From Candidatus Micrarchaeota archaeon (GTDB taxonomy: Archaea; Micrarchaeota; Micrarchaeia; Norongarragalinales; SBBD01), in the NCBI GenBank assembly GCA_043806595.1, contig JAZDGU010000004.1, forward strand, positions 1-64,000: a stretch of DNA of 64,000 bases, read 5' to 3'. Shown here in pieces: positions 39,225 to 48,466 of this stretch. Made by a program: the position numbers and the translations under genes. Under the pieces are notes generated by a model, which saw only the letters and a list, made by a program, of their open reading frames with translations, had not been told where the DNA came from and did no database searches. Each line of letters opens with the position of its first letter. Positions within the stretch are counted from its first letter, which is position 1.

Positions 39225-40142
39225 ATGGAGCTCTGGGAGAGATACCCGTTCCTGTCCGAGGCGAGGCGCAGGCTCAAGCAGGAGGGAGTCGAATCAGTCA
39301 CCGGCGAGGAAGTGGAGAGCGCCGAGAGGCAGGTGCTCGAGACTCTGCAGGGCGGGCCGCGCCCGCCGAAAGACGCCAAGGGATACGTACTTGCGAGGCT
39401 CCTGCTCGCGGCCGGCGGGGACTCGAACGCGATGCAGAGGTACGGCGAGGCCGAGGCCCGGAGGTACATGCTGCAAATTGAAACCGCCGGCGTGCAGGAG
39501 TATGAAGCAGTGGCGAAGGACTTCTTCCCCGGACTGCAGACGGACGCGCAAGGCGGGGGGTATTCCATCGCATTGCTAGACTACCTTTCCGCCGGCACGA
39601 CGCTAGCCGACGAGGCAGTAGAGGAAGGCAGGGTGCACGTCGGCAGGACCGCGCTCTCGCGGCTGCTGGCGCAAGCCATCGCGCAGAGGATAACGCAAGT
39701 GCGCGCGGACGCGAAGGCGCTGCCCAAGGAAATCCGAGACGCCGGCAGGAGGCTCTCCGCGGCGCTGCCTAGGCCCGCAGTGTCCCTGCAGACCTATGCC
39801 GGCAAGTACCTCGGGCTGCCGGCCGTGCAGGCGCTGCTGCAGGGCGTCGGCGAGGGCAAGCGGTATTACGCGTCGGTGACGGTAGCCATCGCATGCCTCA
39901 AGGACGGGCTGCAGCGCGAGCAGGCTGCTGAAGTCATGCGGACATTCGCGAAGAACTGCAGGAGGAGCACGCACGACTTCACGGAAAAGGAGGCGCTTGC
40001 CAGCATGGAATGGGTCTACAAGCACCCGACGATAAACTTCTCCGTGAAGACTCTGCGCGACCAGCAGATCGTCGACGAGCAGTCGCTGGCGAAGACCGCG
40101 GAGATGCTCCGGCGGAGAAGAAAAACTATCCGAAAGGCCTAA
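39225..40142 (+). CDS. priL: DNA primase large subunit-like protein
   Basis: RYPFLSEAR, RYGEAEARR, LLDYL and VEEGRVHV PriL N-domain motifs; C-terminal LLQGVGEGKR helical domain. Confidence 0.75.
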   Translation: MELWERYPFLSEARRRLKQEGVESVTGEEVESAERQVLETLQGGPRPPKDAKGYVLARLLLAAGGDSNAMQRYGEAEARRYMLQIETAGVQEYEAVAKDFFPGLQTDAQGGGYSIALLDYLSAGTTLADEAVEEGRVHVGRTALSRLLAQAIAQRITQVRADAKALPKEIRDAGRRLSAALPRPAVSLQTYAGKYLGLPAVQALLQGVGEGKRYYASVTVAIACLKDGLQREQAAEVMRTFAKNCRRSTHDFTEKEALASMEWVYKHPTINFSVKTLRDQQIVDEQSLAKTAEMLRRRRKTIRKA

Positions 40143-40158
40143 AACCCGTCGTCGGGGT

Positions 40159-40467
40159 TTAAGCCTTGCCGTTTGAGTCGGCTCCGTCGGCCAAGACGAT
40201 GACTCCACTGCCGGCGCCGTTTAGAGCAACCTTCCAGCTGCCGTCGGAAGGGTCGCTTGTTGCCTGCAGTTCGTGCATGATCCATTGCGTGTCGTCGTCC
40301 GGGTCCGTTACGGAAATCTTGAAGCCCTCGTCTTCGCCACCGATGAAAGTCTTGCCGCCTCCGAGTTCGTCGCCGGAGTCTGACGGCCTTGCATGGGTAA
40401 CAACGAACGCCGAAACGCTTACGGTCATGACGGCCAGCAGGCCGATTGCCACAATGAGCCTATTCAT
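40159..40467 (-). CDS. Small secreted acidic protein
   Basis: Signal peptide MNRLIVAIGLLAVMTVSVSA; Gly/Asp-rich mature part; GGTGA SD. Confidence 0.65.
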   Translation of the reverse strand: MNRLIVAIGLLAVMTVSVSAFVVTHARPSDSGDELGGGKTFIGGEDEGFKISVTDPDDDTQWIMHELQATSDPSDGSWKVALNGAGSGVIVLADGADSNGKA

Positions 40468-40577
40468 GCAATCACCTGCAAGGCGTTCCGTTCCCCCTCA
40501 ATAAAAAGCATTCGGTTGGGAGAAACGCGCCGGGACGGCGCACCGGAAACGCGGCCGCGGAAGGAATAAAAACTTTA

Positions 40578-40604
40578 GTGTAAAAAGTGTTAAAGGTGTT
40601 AAAC
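40578..40604. repeat. Three tandem 9-bp direct repeats, putative TA operator
   Basis: GTGTAAAAA GTGTTAAAG GTGTTAAAC directly before the antitoxin GTG start. Confidence 0.6.
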
Positions 40605-40871
40605 GTGTCCGAATCGGGGCTGATTACGAAGAAGGTGCCGCGCAGGATCGTGCCGAAGATCCGCAGGCTGCAGGCCAACTACATGCTGAGGCACCGCAGA
40701 CGGATTTCCGAGGCGGAAATCATCGAGAAGGGGGTCGAGAAACTCACGGAAGACGACCTGATGGAAACCGGAAAGAAAAGCGCCAGATGGGAGGACTTTT
40801 TCGGAATGGACAAGTCAAGGACAAAAGGAGATTCGCGCACCGATGTTGACAAGGTAGTTTACGGGATTTGA
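40605..40871 (+). CDS. Putative antitoxin
   Basis: RRISEAEIIEKG and C-terminal DVDKVVYG typical of VapB partners; 3 nt upstream of the PIN gene. Confidence 0.75.
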   Translation: MSESGLITKKVPRRIVPKIRRLQANYMLRHRRRISEAEIIEKGVEKLTEDDLMETGKKSARWEDFFGMDKSRTKGDSRTDVDKVVYGI

Positions 40872-40874
40872 GCC

Positions 40875-41273
40875 ATGATTTTCGTCGACACGAGCATTTT
40901 CATAGCCGCGGCGCGCGCCAACGACCCATCCCACGCCCAAGGCTTGGCGCTCATACAACGCGCAAAAAGGGAGGGGGAGACCCTCATCACTTCCGACCAT
41001 GTGCTTGACGAGACTGTGACATACCTGCAGGCAAAGGGAGGGAAGGAGAGGGCAAGCGAGGCTGGCAGGCAGATGCTGCGCCTGGAGAAGCTTCAAATGG
41101 AATACAATTCTCCCCCGCGCACGGACGCCGCCCTGAGGATCGTGGGAAAAATCGACGGGATGAGTTTCTGCGACGCCTTGAGCATCGTCGTCATGCAGGA
41201 ACTCGGAATCAGGACCATCTACTCTTTCGACTCCGACTTCGACAAAATCGCCGGGATAAGGAGAATCGAATAG
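40875..41273 (+). CDS. vapC: PIN-domain toxin (VapC-like)
   Basis: IFVDTS, VLDETVT, SFCDALS and SFDSDFD motifs. Confidence 0.92.
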   Translation: MIFVDTSIFIAAARANDPSHAQGLALIQRAKREGETLITSDHVLDETVTYLQAKGGKERASEAGRQMLRLEKLQMEYNSPPRTDAALRIVGKIDGMSFCDALSIVVMQELGIRTIYSFDSDFDKIAGIRRIE

Positions 41274-41345
41274 CGAGCGCACGACCGGAGCCGCCGGCAA
41301 GGGTTTAATAGCGTTCGCGGGCACAATGGGGGGAAGTGATCGTAC

Positions 41346-41711
41346 ATGGCAGAAGACGAGGAAATCAAGAGCGACGTGCGCGACTTCCAGAGCCTGCAGC
41401 AGCAGCTGCAGATAATCGGCATGCAGAAGCAGCAGGTCTCCGCGCAGAAGCAGGAAATCGGGAAGGCGATTGAGGAGGTCACGAAGCTCAAGTCGGAAGG
41501 CAAGGTGTTCCGCCTGGTGGGAAGCGTGTTCGTGCCCAAGCAGAAGGACACGCTCGAGAAAGAGCTAAAAGGGGAGGCACAGACGCTGGAAGACCGTAAG
41601 GCGACGCTGGAGAGGCAGGAGACGAGGCTTGCCGAGCGCATGGAGGTCTTCCGCAAGAAATTCGAGGCCCTCGAGAAGGGCGAACGCGCCACGGCTAAGC
41701 CAGCAAAATAG
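41346..41711 (+). CDS. pfdB: Prefoldin beta subunit
   Basis: FQSLQQQLQ coiled coil, KVFRLVGSVFV hairpin, second coiled coil. Confidence 0.9.
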   Translation: MAEDEEIKSDVRDFQSLQQQLQIIGMQKQQVSAQKQEIGKAIEEVTKLKSEGKVFRLVGSVFVPKQKDTLEKELKGEAQTLEDRKATLERQETRLAERMEVFRKKFEALEKGERATAKPAK

Positions 41712-41979
41712 CCCTACGGCAGCCGACGAATAGACTTTTGACGTTAGCCGAAGCGCAAGCAATAAATAGCACCCAATCGAACAAATAACTGCACTCGAAT
41801 AGAGCATTGAGTGGTGAGAGAGAAAATAGGCGTTTTTCCGTCTAATAGCACAAGGATTTGCCTCCTTTTGGTCAAACAGCCTCTTCCTCTCCCAACCACT
41901 CCGAAATCATGAGCTCCAGCGCCAAACGTCCAAAGTTCCTACTGCCGGCGCGATGAAAACGGACAAACGTTGGGAGAGG

Positions 41980-42750
41980 TCAGACGCGCTTCTTGCCTGC
42001 GGCCTTGACTGCGGCGCGCACGTCGCGGATTTTCTTGCGCACGTCACCCTCCTCGAAGGCCGTGCCTATCTGGATGCCGTCGGCACCTGCCGCGATGATG
42101 TCGCCGGCCTGCACGGGAGTGCGCGCTCCGCCGGCGTAGAAGTAGAACATCTCCTTCGCGCACGCCTTCGCGACCGCGCTCACCAGCTCGACTGGCGCGG
42201 GCTCGGCGGCTCCGCTGCCGACGTCCGTTATGAGCACGTGCGAGCCGCTGAACTTCGCGGCAAGCGCGCACGAATAGGCGAGGTCGGGCCGGTCTCGGGG
42301 CACTATGTTCGCGTTGCCTATCCAGCCGACGGTGCGGCCGGGCTCGAGCACGAGGTAGCTCGTGGGAATGGCCTCGATCTTCATCCTCTGGACAACGGGC
42401 GCGGCCTGTATCTGCGCCGTGGAAAGCCAGTAGACGTCCCTGCTGTTCATCATGTGCATGAAGTAGATTGCGTCGGCGTAGTGCGAGAGACCCGAGATGT
42501 TGCCCGGAAAAAGCACGACGGGGATGCTCACCTCCTCCTTGATCATCTTGACGGTGTCGTCGAGGACCGAGCCCTGCGCGCCGATGCTTCCGCCGATGAG
42601 GATGACGTCGCTGCCCTCGTCGAAGGCGACCTTCGCTATCTGCACGCCGCGCTCGAGGTAGCTCTTGTCGGGGTCGATGAGCGAGAACAGCATGGCTCCC
42701 TCGGACTCCAGCTTTTCGGCGTAATATTTCTCTATCCTACCCGGATGCAT
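41980..42750 (-). CDS. Geranylgeranylglyceryl phosphate synthase
   Basis: SLIDPDK, IGGS, VLFPG, MNSRD, YLVLEPG, GSGA and QIGTAFE motifs. Confidence 0.92.
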   Translation of the reverse strand: MHPGRIEKYYAEKLESEGAMLFSLIDPDKSYLERGVQIAKVAFDEGSDVILIGGSIGAQGSVLDDTVKMIKEEVSIPVVLFPGNISGLSHYADAIYFMHMMNSRDVYWLSTAQIQAAPVVQRMKIEAIPTSYLVLEPGRTVGWIGNANIVPRDRPDLAYSCALAAKFSGSHVLITDVGSGAAEPAPVELVSAVAKACAKEMFYFYAGGARTPVQAGDIIAAGADGIQIGTAFEEGDVRKKIRDVRAAVKAAGKKRV

Positions 42751-42838
42751 GGCAACACACCCTTTCCACGCGCTATTTTGCCGCGGCGGCTTTAAAAGAG
42801 GTTGCCCTGAAAGGCCTTCTGGCCCGCCTGCCCCGGTG

Positions 42839-43765
42839 CTATTTCCGCAGGCGGCTTATCTTCTCGCGCAGTCTGGCAAGGCTCTCGTCGCTCAGAAGCC
42901 GGAGCAGCTCCGCCGAGGGCGTCATCTCAAACATGACATAGGCCTCCTTGCTGGCTTTGCGCTCCCGCACCGCAAAGCCTGCGTCCGAGAAAAACGAGTG
43001 CGCCGAATCCCTGTCCTTCGAATGCACTTCGAACAACAGTTTTTCGGGAAGGGAACCGCCGGGCCATTTCCCATTATAATAAATCGAATAGACCAGCCCC
43101 GCGTAGTCTACAGCCCGGTCTTCGCGGGCATGAGTTTTCCAGAGGGCAATCAAGTTCATGATGCTGGCCCGAATTTTTTCCGCAGGCAGAATGCCCGCGC
43201 GTTTTTCCTGCTGGCCGTGCATGGCCGCAAAATATGAGCGCATATGGCTTTCCAGCCGCTCTTCGAGGGGAGGGGCCGCTCCCCCCCAGAACACAGCAGG
43301 AGCAGTGTGATGCTCGGAGACCGGAATGCGCTGGCCTTTCGCTTCAAGCGCCCCGATTATCACGGACCTCCGTAACCCATGGCCCCTGAAGAACTCCGCG
43401 ATTATTCCTTCTGCTCGTTCTGGCGGAAGGCTCCTGTGCTGAAGCAGGCGCCGGGATGCCTCGACGGCACGGTAAAGGTTGAGCTTCACCGCCGCCCTGG
43501 CCGCCGCCTGGGTAGACAGGCCTTCGAGTCCAACAAAACGCGCGGTTTCGGGGTAACGACTGGATGAAGCCAAAAACCGTTCCGTTTCCTCGTCGAAGAT
43601 AAGCGGGCTCCTTCTGATGCGTCGGTGCTGGCCTAGGCTTAAAAGGAGGCGGTCGTGGGCTTCCGAAAAACGGCGCTCGGCGGGATTCCGCAATTCACGG
43701 GGCCTCTCGAAGGCCGCCTGGAGCGGGTTGTGTTCGCGAAAGGGGGGCTTCCTCATGAAGGACAC
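42839..43765 (-). CDS. Hypothetical Arg-rich protein
   Basis: 308-aa ORF filling the gap; no recognised family. Confidence 0.6.
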   Translation of the reverse strand: MSFMRKPPFREHNPLQAAFERPRELRNPAERRFSEAHDRLLLSLGQHRRIRRSPLIFDEETERFLASSSRYPETARFVGLEGLSTQAAARAAVKLNLYRAVEASRRLLQHRSLPPERAEGIIAEFFRGHGLRRSVIIGALEAKGQRIPVSEHHTAPAVFWGGAAPPLEERLESHMRSYFAAMHGQQEKRAGILPAEKIRASIMNLIALWKTHAREDRAVDYAGLVYSIYYNGKWPGGSLPEKLLFEVHSKDRDSAHSFFSDAGFAVRERKASKEAYVMFEMTPSAELLRLLSDESLARLREKISRLRK

Positions 43766-43876
43766 CGAGGCAAGGTCATGGCGAAATAAACTTCAATAAT
43801 ACCCTTAAAAATGGAGGTTAAAAAGGAGGCTGCCTGGGGGGCGGCAGCGGGAGAAAAGACATTTATTAACCCGGCA

Positions 43877-44758
43877 ATGCACTTGACGGTAATGCACAAC
43901 GCGGCGCGCGGCCAGGCCGCGCTGGAGTACGTCATACTGCTCGCAGGCATACTCCTCATCATCTTCCTCACCATAGCGGTCATGCAGGCGCTGCAGGGGC
44001 GCTCAAAAGCTCAGATTGAGGAGAGCGTGGGGACGTGGAAAACGTTCGTCTGCCTCTCCAAGTACCTCGCCGAACCCGACAGCACGCTGCTCGCATACAA
44101 GCTCGACGGCCTGCAGGGCGGGACAACGCCGGACTCCAGCGCCAAGCACAACGACGGCATCCTCAAGGGCGGCCTTCCCACGCTCGACTCGGCGAACTGC
44201 AAGTTCCCGCCGTGCCTTCACTTCGGCGCAGCCCCGGGCCACGTCGAGAGCAGCAAGCCCATCGAGGGCGTGGGGAGCATGACGTTTCTGGCTTGGATAA
44301 GATTCGACGACAGCGGGGACGGCAGCCAGCCCGTCATAGCGGCCATCGCCAACTCGTTCGACCTCTCGTTCACGCAAGTCGATTACATAGTCTGGTCGAT
44401 GGACGACCCTCCCCCGCCGGCCATGGAAGCCGCGTTCCACTTCTCGGTCTGGACCGGCCTCTTCAACCCCGTAATAGTGGATCCGGAGGACATGACCCTC
44501 GAGGGATACCACCACATCGCCGCGACGTACAACGAAACCACAGGCACGGCGAACGTCTACATCGACGGCAGGCTCAATGCCACTGTAAGCGGCCCTGCGA
44601 ACAAGCCGATGTGGCACTCCAATCTGCCGCTGTCAGTGGGCAACAAGCAGAACGACGCGTCACAGGCGTTCAAGGGCAACATCGACCAGGTCGAGTTCTA
44701 CAGCAGGGAGCTGACCGCGGAGGAAATCATGCAGGAGATAAGGTGCCAGCCCGCCTGA
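43877..44758 (+). CDS. Class III signal-peptide protein with a LamG/concanavalin-like domain
   Basis: RG|QAALEY prepilin motif; HHIAATYN..NVYIDG and FKGNIDQVEFYSRELTAEEI LamG motifs; start 43877 or 43892. Confidence 0.88.
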   Translation: MHLTVMHNAARGQAALEYVILLAGILLIIFLTIAVMQALQGRSKAQIEESVGTWKTFVCLSKYLAEPDSTLLAYKLDGLQGGTTPDSSAKHNDGILKGGLPTLDSANCKFPPCLHFGAAPGHVESSKPIEGVGSMTFLAWIRFDDSGDGSQPVIAAIANSFDLSFTQVDYIVWSMDDPPPPAMEAAFHFSVWTGLFNPVIVDPEDMTLEGYHHIAATYNETTGTANVYIDGRLNATVSGPANKPMWHSNLPLSVGNKQNDASQAFKGNIDQVEFYSRELTAEEIMQEIRCQPA

Positions 44759-45239
44759 ACCTGCGCTTCATCCTGCGAAGGCCGGCAAGGATCTTCGCGT
44801 TGTGCGAGCCCCGCCAGTAGGCCTTGCCGCACGAGCCGCAGACGAGGAATTCCGCCGCATGAAGCCAGGACTTCCTCGGCACTTTGCCTTCCAACGATTT
44901 TTTCGGCGTTTTCTTCAGGCGGCCGCTGCACTCGGGACAGACAGACGTGCTCGGCACCGAATCCTCCCGGATTGCGGAAAGGTCGAGGCCGGCGGCCCTG
45001 CAGAACTCCAGCACCTGGCCGTCGAGGTCCGAGGAACGCAGGAGCAGGCAGCGGCAGTAGCTCGATGATTTTACAGAGAGAGCGACGTCGCGGGTCACGA
45101 GGACAGCCCTCTCCCCGATGCACTGGCGGATTATGTCGTCGTCGGATTGCGAGCGCGGGGGCGAGACACGAACGCCGAGCATGCGCAGCCAGCGCGCGAG
45201 CCTCGCGAGCATCACGTCGGCGACGAAATTCATGCGCAT
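44727..45239 (-). CDS. Mut7-C RNase domain protein
   Basis: FVADVMLARLARWLRMLG, LVTRD, CPECSG and CGSCGKAYWRGSH motifs. Confidence 0.92.
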   Translation of the reverse strand: MRMNFVADVMLARLARWLRMLGVRVSPPRSQSDDDIIRQCIGERAVLVTRDVALSVKSSSYCRCLLLRSSDLDGQVLEFCRAAGLDLSAIREDSVPSTSVCPECSGRLKKTPKKSLEGKVPRKSWLHAAEFLVCGSCGKAYWRGSHNAKILAGLRRMKRRFRRAGTLSPA

Positions 45240-45300
45240 GAATGGCTCTCCGCGGGGAGCGGTTATAAAGGCTTATATACGCCGCGAGGGAAAGGCAGTC

Positions 45301-47403
45301 ATGCCGCCCAAGCAGAGGAAGGCGAAGGAGGAGAAGTTCGAGTCGCTCTACACGCAGAAGTCGCAGGAATACGTCGAGGAGGAGAAGGAGCAGAGGAGGG
45401 AAAGCTTCTTCGTCGGGCTGACGCGGTTCATGTACTCCCGCAACAGGTCCGGCGGCGCGGGCGCTAAGTTCTCGCCGGAGCAGAAGGCGCTATTCGACTT
45501 CCTCAACTGGAACATCCCCGCGGAGGAGTACTACGCTACGGCGAAGGCGCTGCTGACCTACGGGCTGGGCGTCGGCGTGGTGTTCGGCGCGGCGTTCTAT
45601 TTCTACCTCGGGCCGGAGCTCACGACGGACACGATGATGATATACCTCGGAAGCCTACTGTGTCTGCTCCTGCCGGTGACGCCGAGCATTTTCTACCAGT
45701 ATTATCCGGGGATGGCGGCGGAGCGCGAGAGGATGCTTTCGCTCGCGTACATCCCGGAGATCGTAAACTACCTCGTGATGAGCCTGAGGCTCAACCCCAA
45801 CCTCGAGAAGGCCGTCGAGTTCGCGGCGAACCACGGCCGGGGGAAGATAGCGGACGAGCTCAAGGAGCTCGTATGGGAGGTGCAGATAGGGACGTTCCTC
45901 AGCGTGGAGGAGGGCCTGGACGCGATGGCTTACCGATGGGGGGGCTACAGCGACGACTTCAAGCACGCGCTCATGATCATCCGCTCGTCCTCGCTGGAGA
46001 CGGACCACGTGCGAAGGGTAGAGCTGCTGGAGAAGGCCTCGTTGGACGTGCTCGAGGGCAGCAAGGAGAAGATGGACATCTACGCGCGCAACTTGCACCA
46101 GCCGACGGTGTTCCTCTACTACTTCGGGATACTCCTGCCGCTCATGCTCGCCATTATCCTGCCCATCGGGTCGGCGTTCGTGAAAGGCCTGCCGATCGCG
46201 CAGGCGGGGTTCATATTCCTCATATACTGCGTACTCCTGCCCGCGGGCATCTACATCTACGGGAACAGCATCCTCGGGGGCAGGCCGCCGACTTACATCC
46301 CGCCGCAAATCACCGACCGCTACCCCGGGCTGCCGAGAAGGGGCAACATGCGGTTCCTCGGCATGGAGTTCTCGTACACCCTCGCGGCCGTGGTCGTCTT
46401 CGCCGCGGTGCTGCTCGCGGGCAACTTCGCGGACAACCTCACGCTCCAGCAGATTCCGACGTACCTGCAGGACGAGTACCTCGCCTCGACGCCGCACGTG
46501 GAGCTGCTCGGGCTCAAGCTGTACGTGTTCTCGATACTCGCGGTGGTGCTTGCGGTAAGCTTCGCCTTCTCGGTCTACCTCTGGGGGAAGTTCGGCGAGC
46601 GGAAGAAGGTGCAGGACGAGATACGCGAGATGGAGAGGGAGTTCAAGGACGCGACGTACGTGCTCGCGTCGAGGCTGGGGGAGAACAAGCCTATGGAGGA
46701 CGCGCTCGCCTACGCCATCGACTTCCTCCCGAAGAGCAAGGTCGGGGAGAAGTTCTTCAGGCGCGTGCTTGAGAACGTCACTTTGCTCGGCATGACGCTG
46801 GAAGCGGCCGCGTTCGACAGGACGTACGGCGCGCTGCGCTACATCCCCTCGCAGATCATCCGCAGCGGCACGAGGCTCATGGTGGACAGCGTGGAGCTCG
46901 GGGTCAACGTAGCCGCCAAGTCGCTCATGAGCCTCAGCTTCCAGATGAGGAACGCCCAGAAGATAGACGAGACGCTGCGCAGGCTGCTCGCGGACATCAC
47001 GACGCTGCTGAGCACCATGTCCACGTTCGTCGTGCCGGTAGTCATCGCCGTAGTCAGCTCGCTTCAGACCATCATCATAAACTCGTTCGCGGGCATGAGC
47101 CTCGGGGATTCTCTGGGGAACACCAACGTCCAGCTCGGCGGCCTGAGTTTCAAGGGCTTCTCGTCGCTGCTGGACACCTCCGGCATAAGGGAGACCACGG
47201 CGTCGCCCGGGGAGTTCCTCCTGATAATGGGGCTGTACGTGGTCGAGGTCGTCATACTGCTGACGTACTTCAACTCGCAGGTCGAGGACAGCAACAACAA
47301 GCTGCACACCTACACGAGCATCGCCAAGACGCTGCCCATCGCGGCGATAATCTTCGCCGTCACGGCGTTCCTCGCGAGCAGCACCCTCTCCGGATTCGGA
47401 TGA
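45301..47403 (+). CDS. TadC/ArlJ-like type II secretion F platform protein
   Basis: Two GspF-like domains (PEIVNYL..NPNLEKAVEFAA; EFKDATYVLASRLGENKPME) separated by TM helices; start ATG 45301. Confidence 0.82.
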   Translation: MPPKQRKAKEEKFESLYTQKSQEYVEEEKEQRRESFFVGLTRFMYSRNRSGGAGAKFSPEQKALFDFLNWNIPAEEYYATAKALLTYGLGVGVVFGAAFYFYLGPELTTDTMMIYLGSLLCLLLPVTPSIFYQYYPGMAAERERMLSLAYIPEIVNYLVMSLRLNPNLEKAVEFAANHGRGKIADELKELVWEVQIGTFLSVEEGLDAMAYRWGGYSDDFKHALMIIRSSSLETDHVRRVELLEKASLDVLEGSKEKMDIYARNLHQPTVFLYYFGILLPLMLAIILPIGSAFVKGLPIAQAGFIFLIYCVLLPAGIYIYGNSILGGRPPTYIPPQITDRYPGLPRRGNMRFLGMEFSYTLAAVVVFAAVLLAGNFADNLTLQQIPTYLQDEYLASTPHVELLGLKLYVFSILAVVLAVSFAFSVYLWGKFGERKKVQDEIREMEREFKDATYVLASRLGENKPMEDALAYAIDFLPKSKVGEKFFRRVLENVTLLGMTLEAAAFDRTYGALRYIPSQIIRSGTRLMVDSVELGVNVAAKSLMSLSFQMRNAQKIDETLRRLLADITTLLSTMSTFVVPVVIAVVSSLQTIIINSFAGMSLGDSLGNTNVQLGGLSFKGFSSLLDTSGIRETTASPGEFLLIMGLYVVEVVILLTYFNSQVEDSNNKLHTYTSIAKTLPIAAIIFAVTAFLASSTLSGFG

Positions 47404-47446
47404 CATGGGATAAAACCGCGACCCGGGAATTTTTTATCGAGAGTAT

Positions 47447-47460
47447 ATTCCTATAGGAAT
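47447..47460. promoter_or_regulatory. Palindrome upstream of the methionine synthase operon
   Basis: Perfect 14-bp palindrome ATTCCTATAGGAAT between a T-rich TATA-like box and ATG 47507. Confidence 0.55.
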
Positions 47461-47506
47461 TATTGCGTCAGGAGGGAATTTATATCCCGGGCGGCGAAAA
47501 ACGCGC

Positions 47507-48466
47507 ATGGACGGTTTTTCGGGGGCGATGGTCTGCGGAAGGCTGCCGCGGTCGGACTCTACTGCAGCAGTGCACCGGCTTGTCCGCGACGGGCACGCCG
47601 AAGCGGGCGAGTTCGGGAAGGCAGTGGGGGCCGACCGGGCAAGGCTGCTGGAGGCGCAAAAGGGGTTCGCGTTCGCCAGCGGCGGGCAGTCCGACTGGCT
47701 CGACCTCCTGCGGCCGATTGCGAAAACCTTCGGAGGCTTCGAGAGGAGGGAAACCGCAGGCGAGGACTCGGTCGGCCCGGTGACGCGCTGGTTCCGCACG
47801 AACACGTTCTACCGCAAGCCCAACATCGTGTCGGAAATCTCGTGCGAAGGCGGGGAAATCGCCGACGCCCTGCCCGGACTGAAGGGAGGGATTCTGTCCC
47901 TCATCGGGCCGTACACTTTCGCGGCGCTCGTGCAGGACTCGCACTATTCCGACCCGGCGGAGCTCGCCCTAGGGTACATGAATGCCGTCGCGAAGAGCCT
48001 GCCGGCCGTGCAGAGGAAGGGCTATAACTGCCTCGTGCTGCTCGAGCCGGGCGTCGGCTACGACCTCTCGAGGGAAGGGCTGCGCGAATCAGGATGGGCC
48101 GCGGAGTGCATTTCGCTAGCGAAGGCGGAAGGCTGGCAGCTCGGCGTGCACTTCCCCCTTGCGGACGCGCGCCACGCGATCGCGGTCGCAGAGGAATCCG
48201 AGGCCGACTTCCTCGGGATAGACTGCCTGCGCACGGAGCCGGAGGGGGTCTCCACTGGAAAGGGCCTGCTGCTCGGCGTGGCGGACGGCGCGAGGGCGGG
48301 AATCGAGGCGCTTGAAACCTCGGAAAAGATGGTGCGGGAGTTCGCCGGCGCGGAATTCTCCGGCAAATTCTACGTAGGGAGCAACGACAGGCTCTGGGAC
48401 GTGCCGTTCGGCGTCGCCCTGGAAAAAATCATGCTGCTGTCGCAACTCAGCGGTCGATTGGGATGA
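47507..48466 (+). CDS. MetE N-terminal-half-like protein (split cobalamin-independent methionine synthase)
   Basis: GRLPRS, SGGQSDWLDLLRP, TRWFRTNTFYRKP, GPYTFA, LEP and ALEKI; no zinc-ligand motifs; overlaps the catalytic half. Confidence 0.75.
   Translation: MDGFSGAMVCGRLPRSDSTAAVHRLVRDGHAEAGEFGKAVGADRARLLEAQKGFAFASGGQSDWLDLLRPIAKTFGGFERRETAGEDSVGPVTRWFRTNTFYRKPNIVSEISCEGGEIADALPGLKGGILSLIGPYTFAALVQDSHYSDPAELALGYMNAVAKSLPAVQRKGYNCLVLLEPGVGYDLSREGLRESGWAAECISLAKAEGWQLGVHFPLADARHAIAVAEESEADFLGIDCLRTEPEGVSTGKGLLLGVADGARAGIEALETSEKMVREFAGAEFSGKFYVGSNDRLWDVPFGVALEKIMLLSQLSGRLG

Noticed and set aside
41712..41979. Replication origin
   Set aside because: No recognisable ORB repeats and no adjacent cdc6/orc1.
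45655..47406. 583-aa minus-strand ORF
   Set aside because: Antisense shadow of the TadC-like gene.
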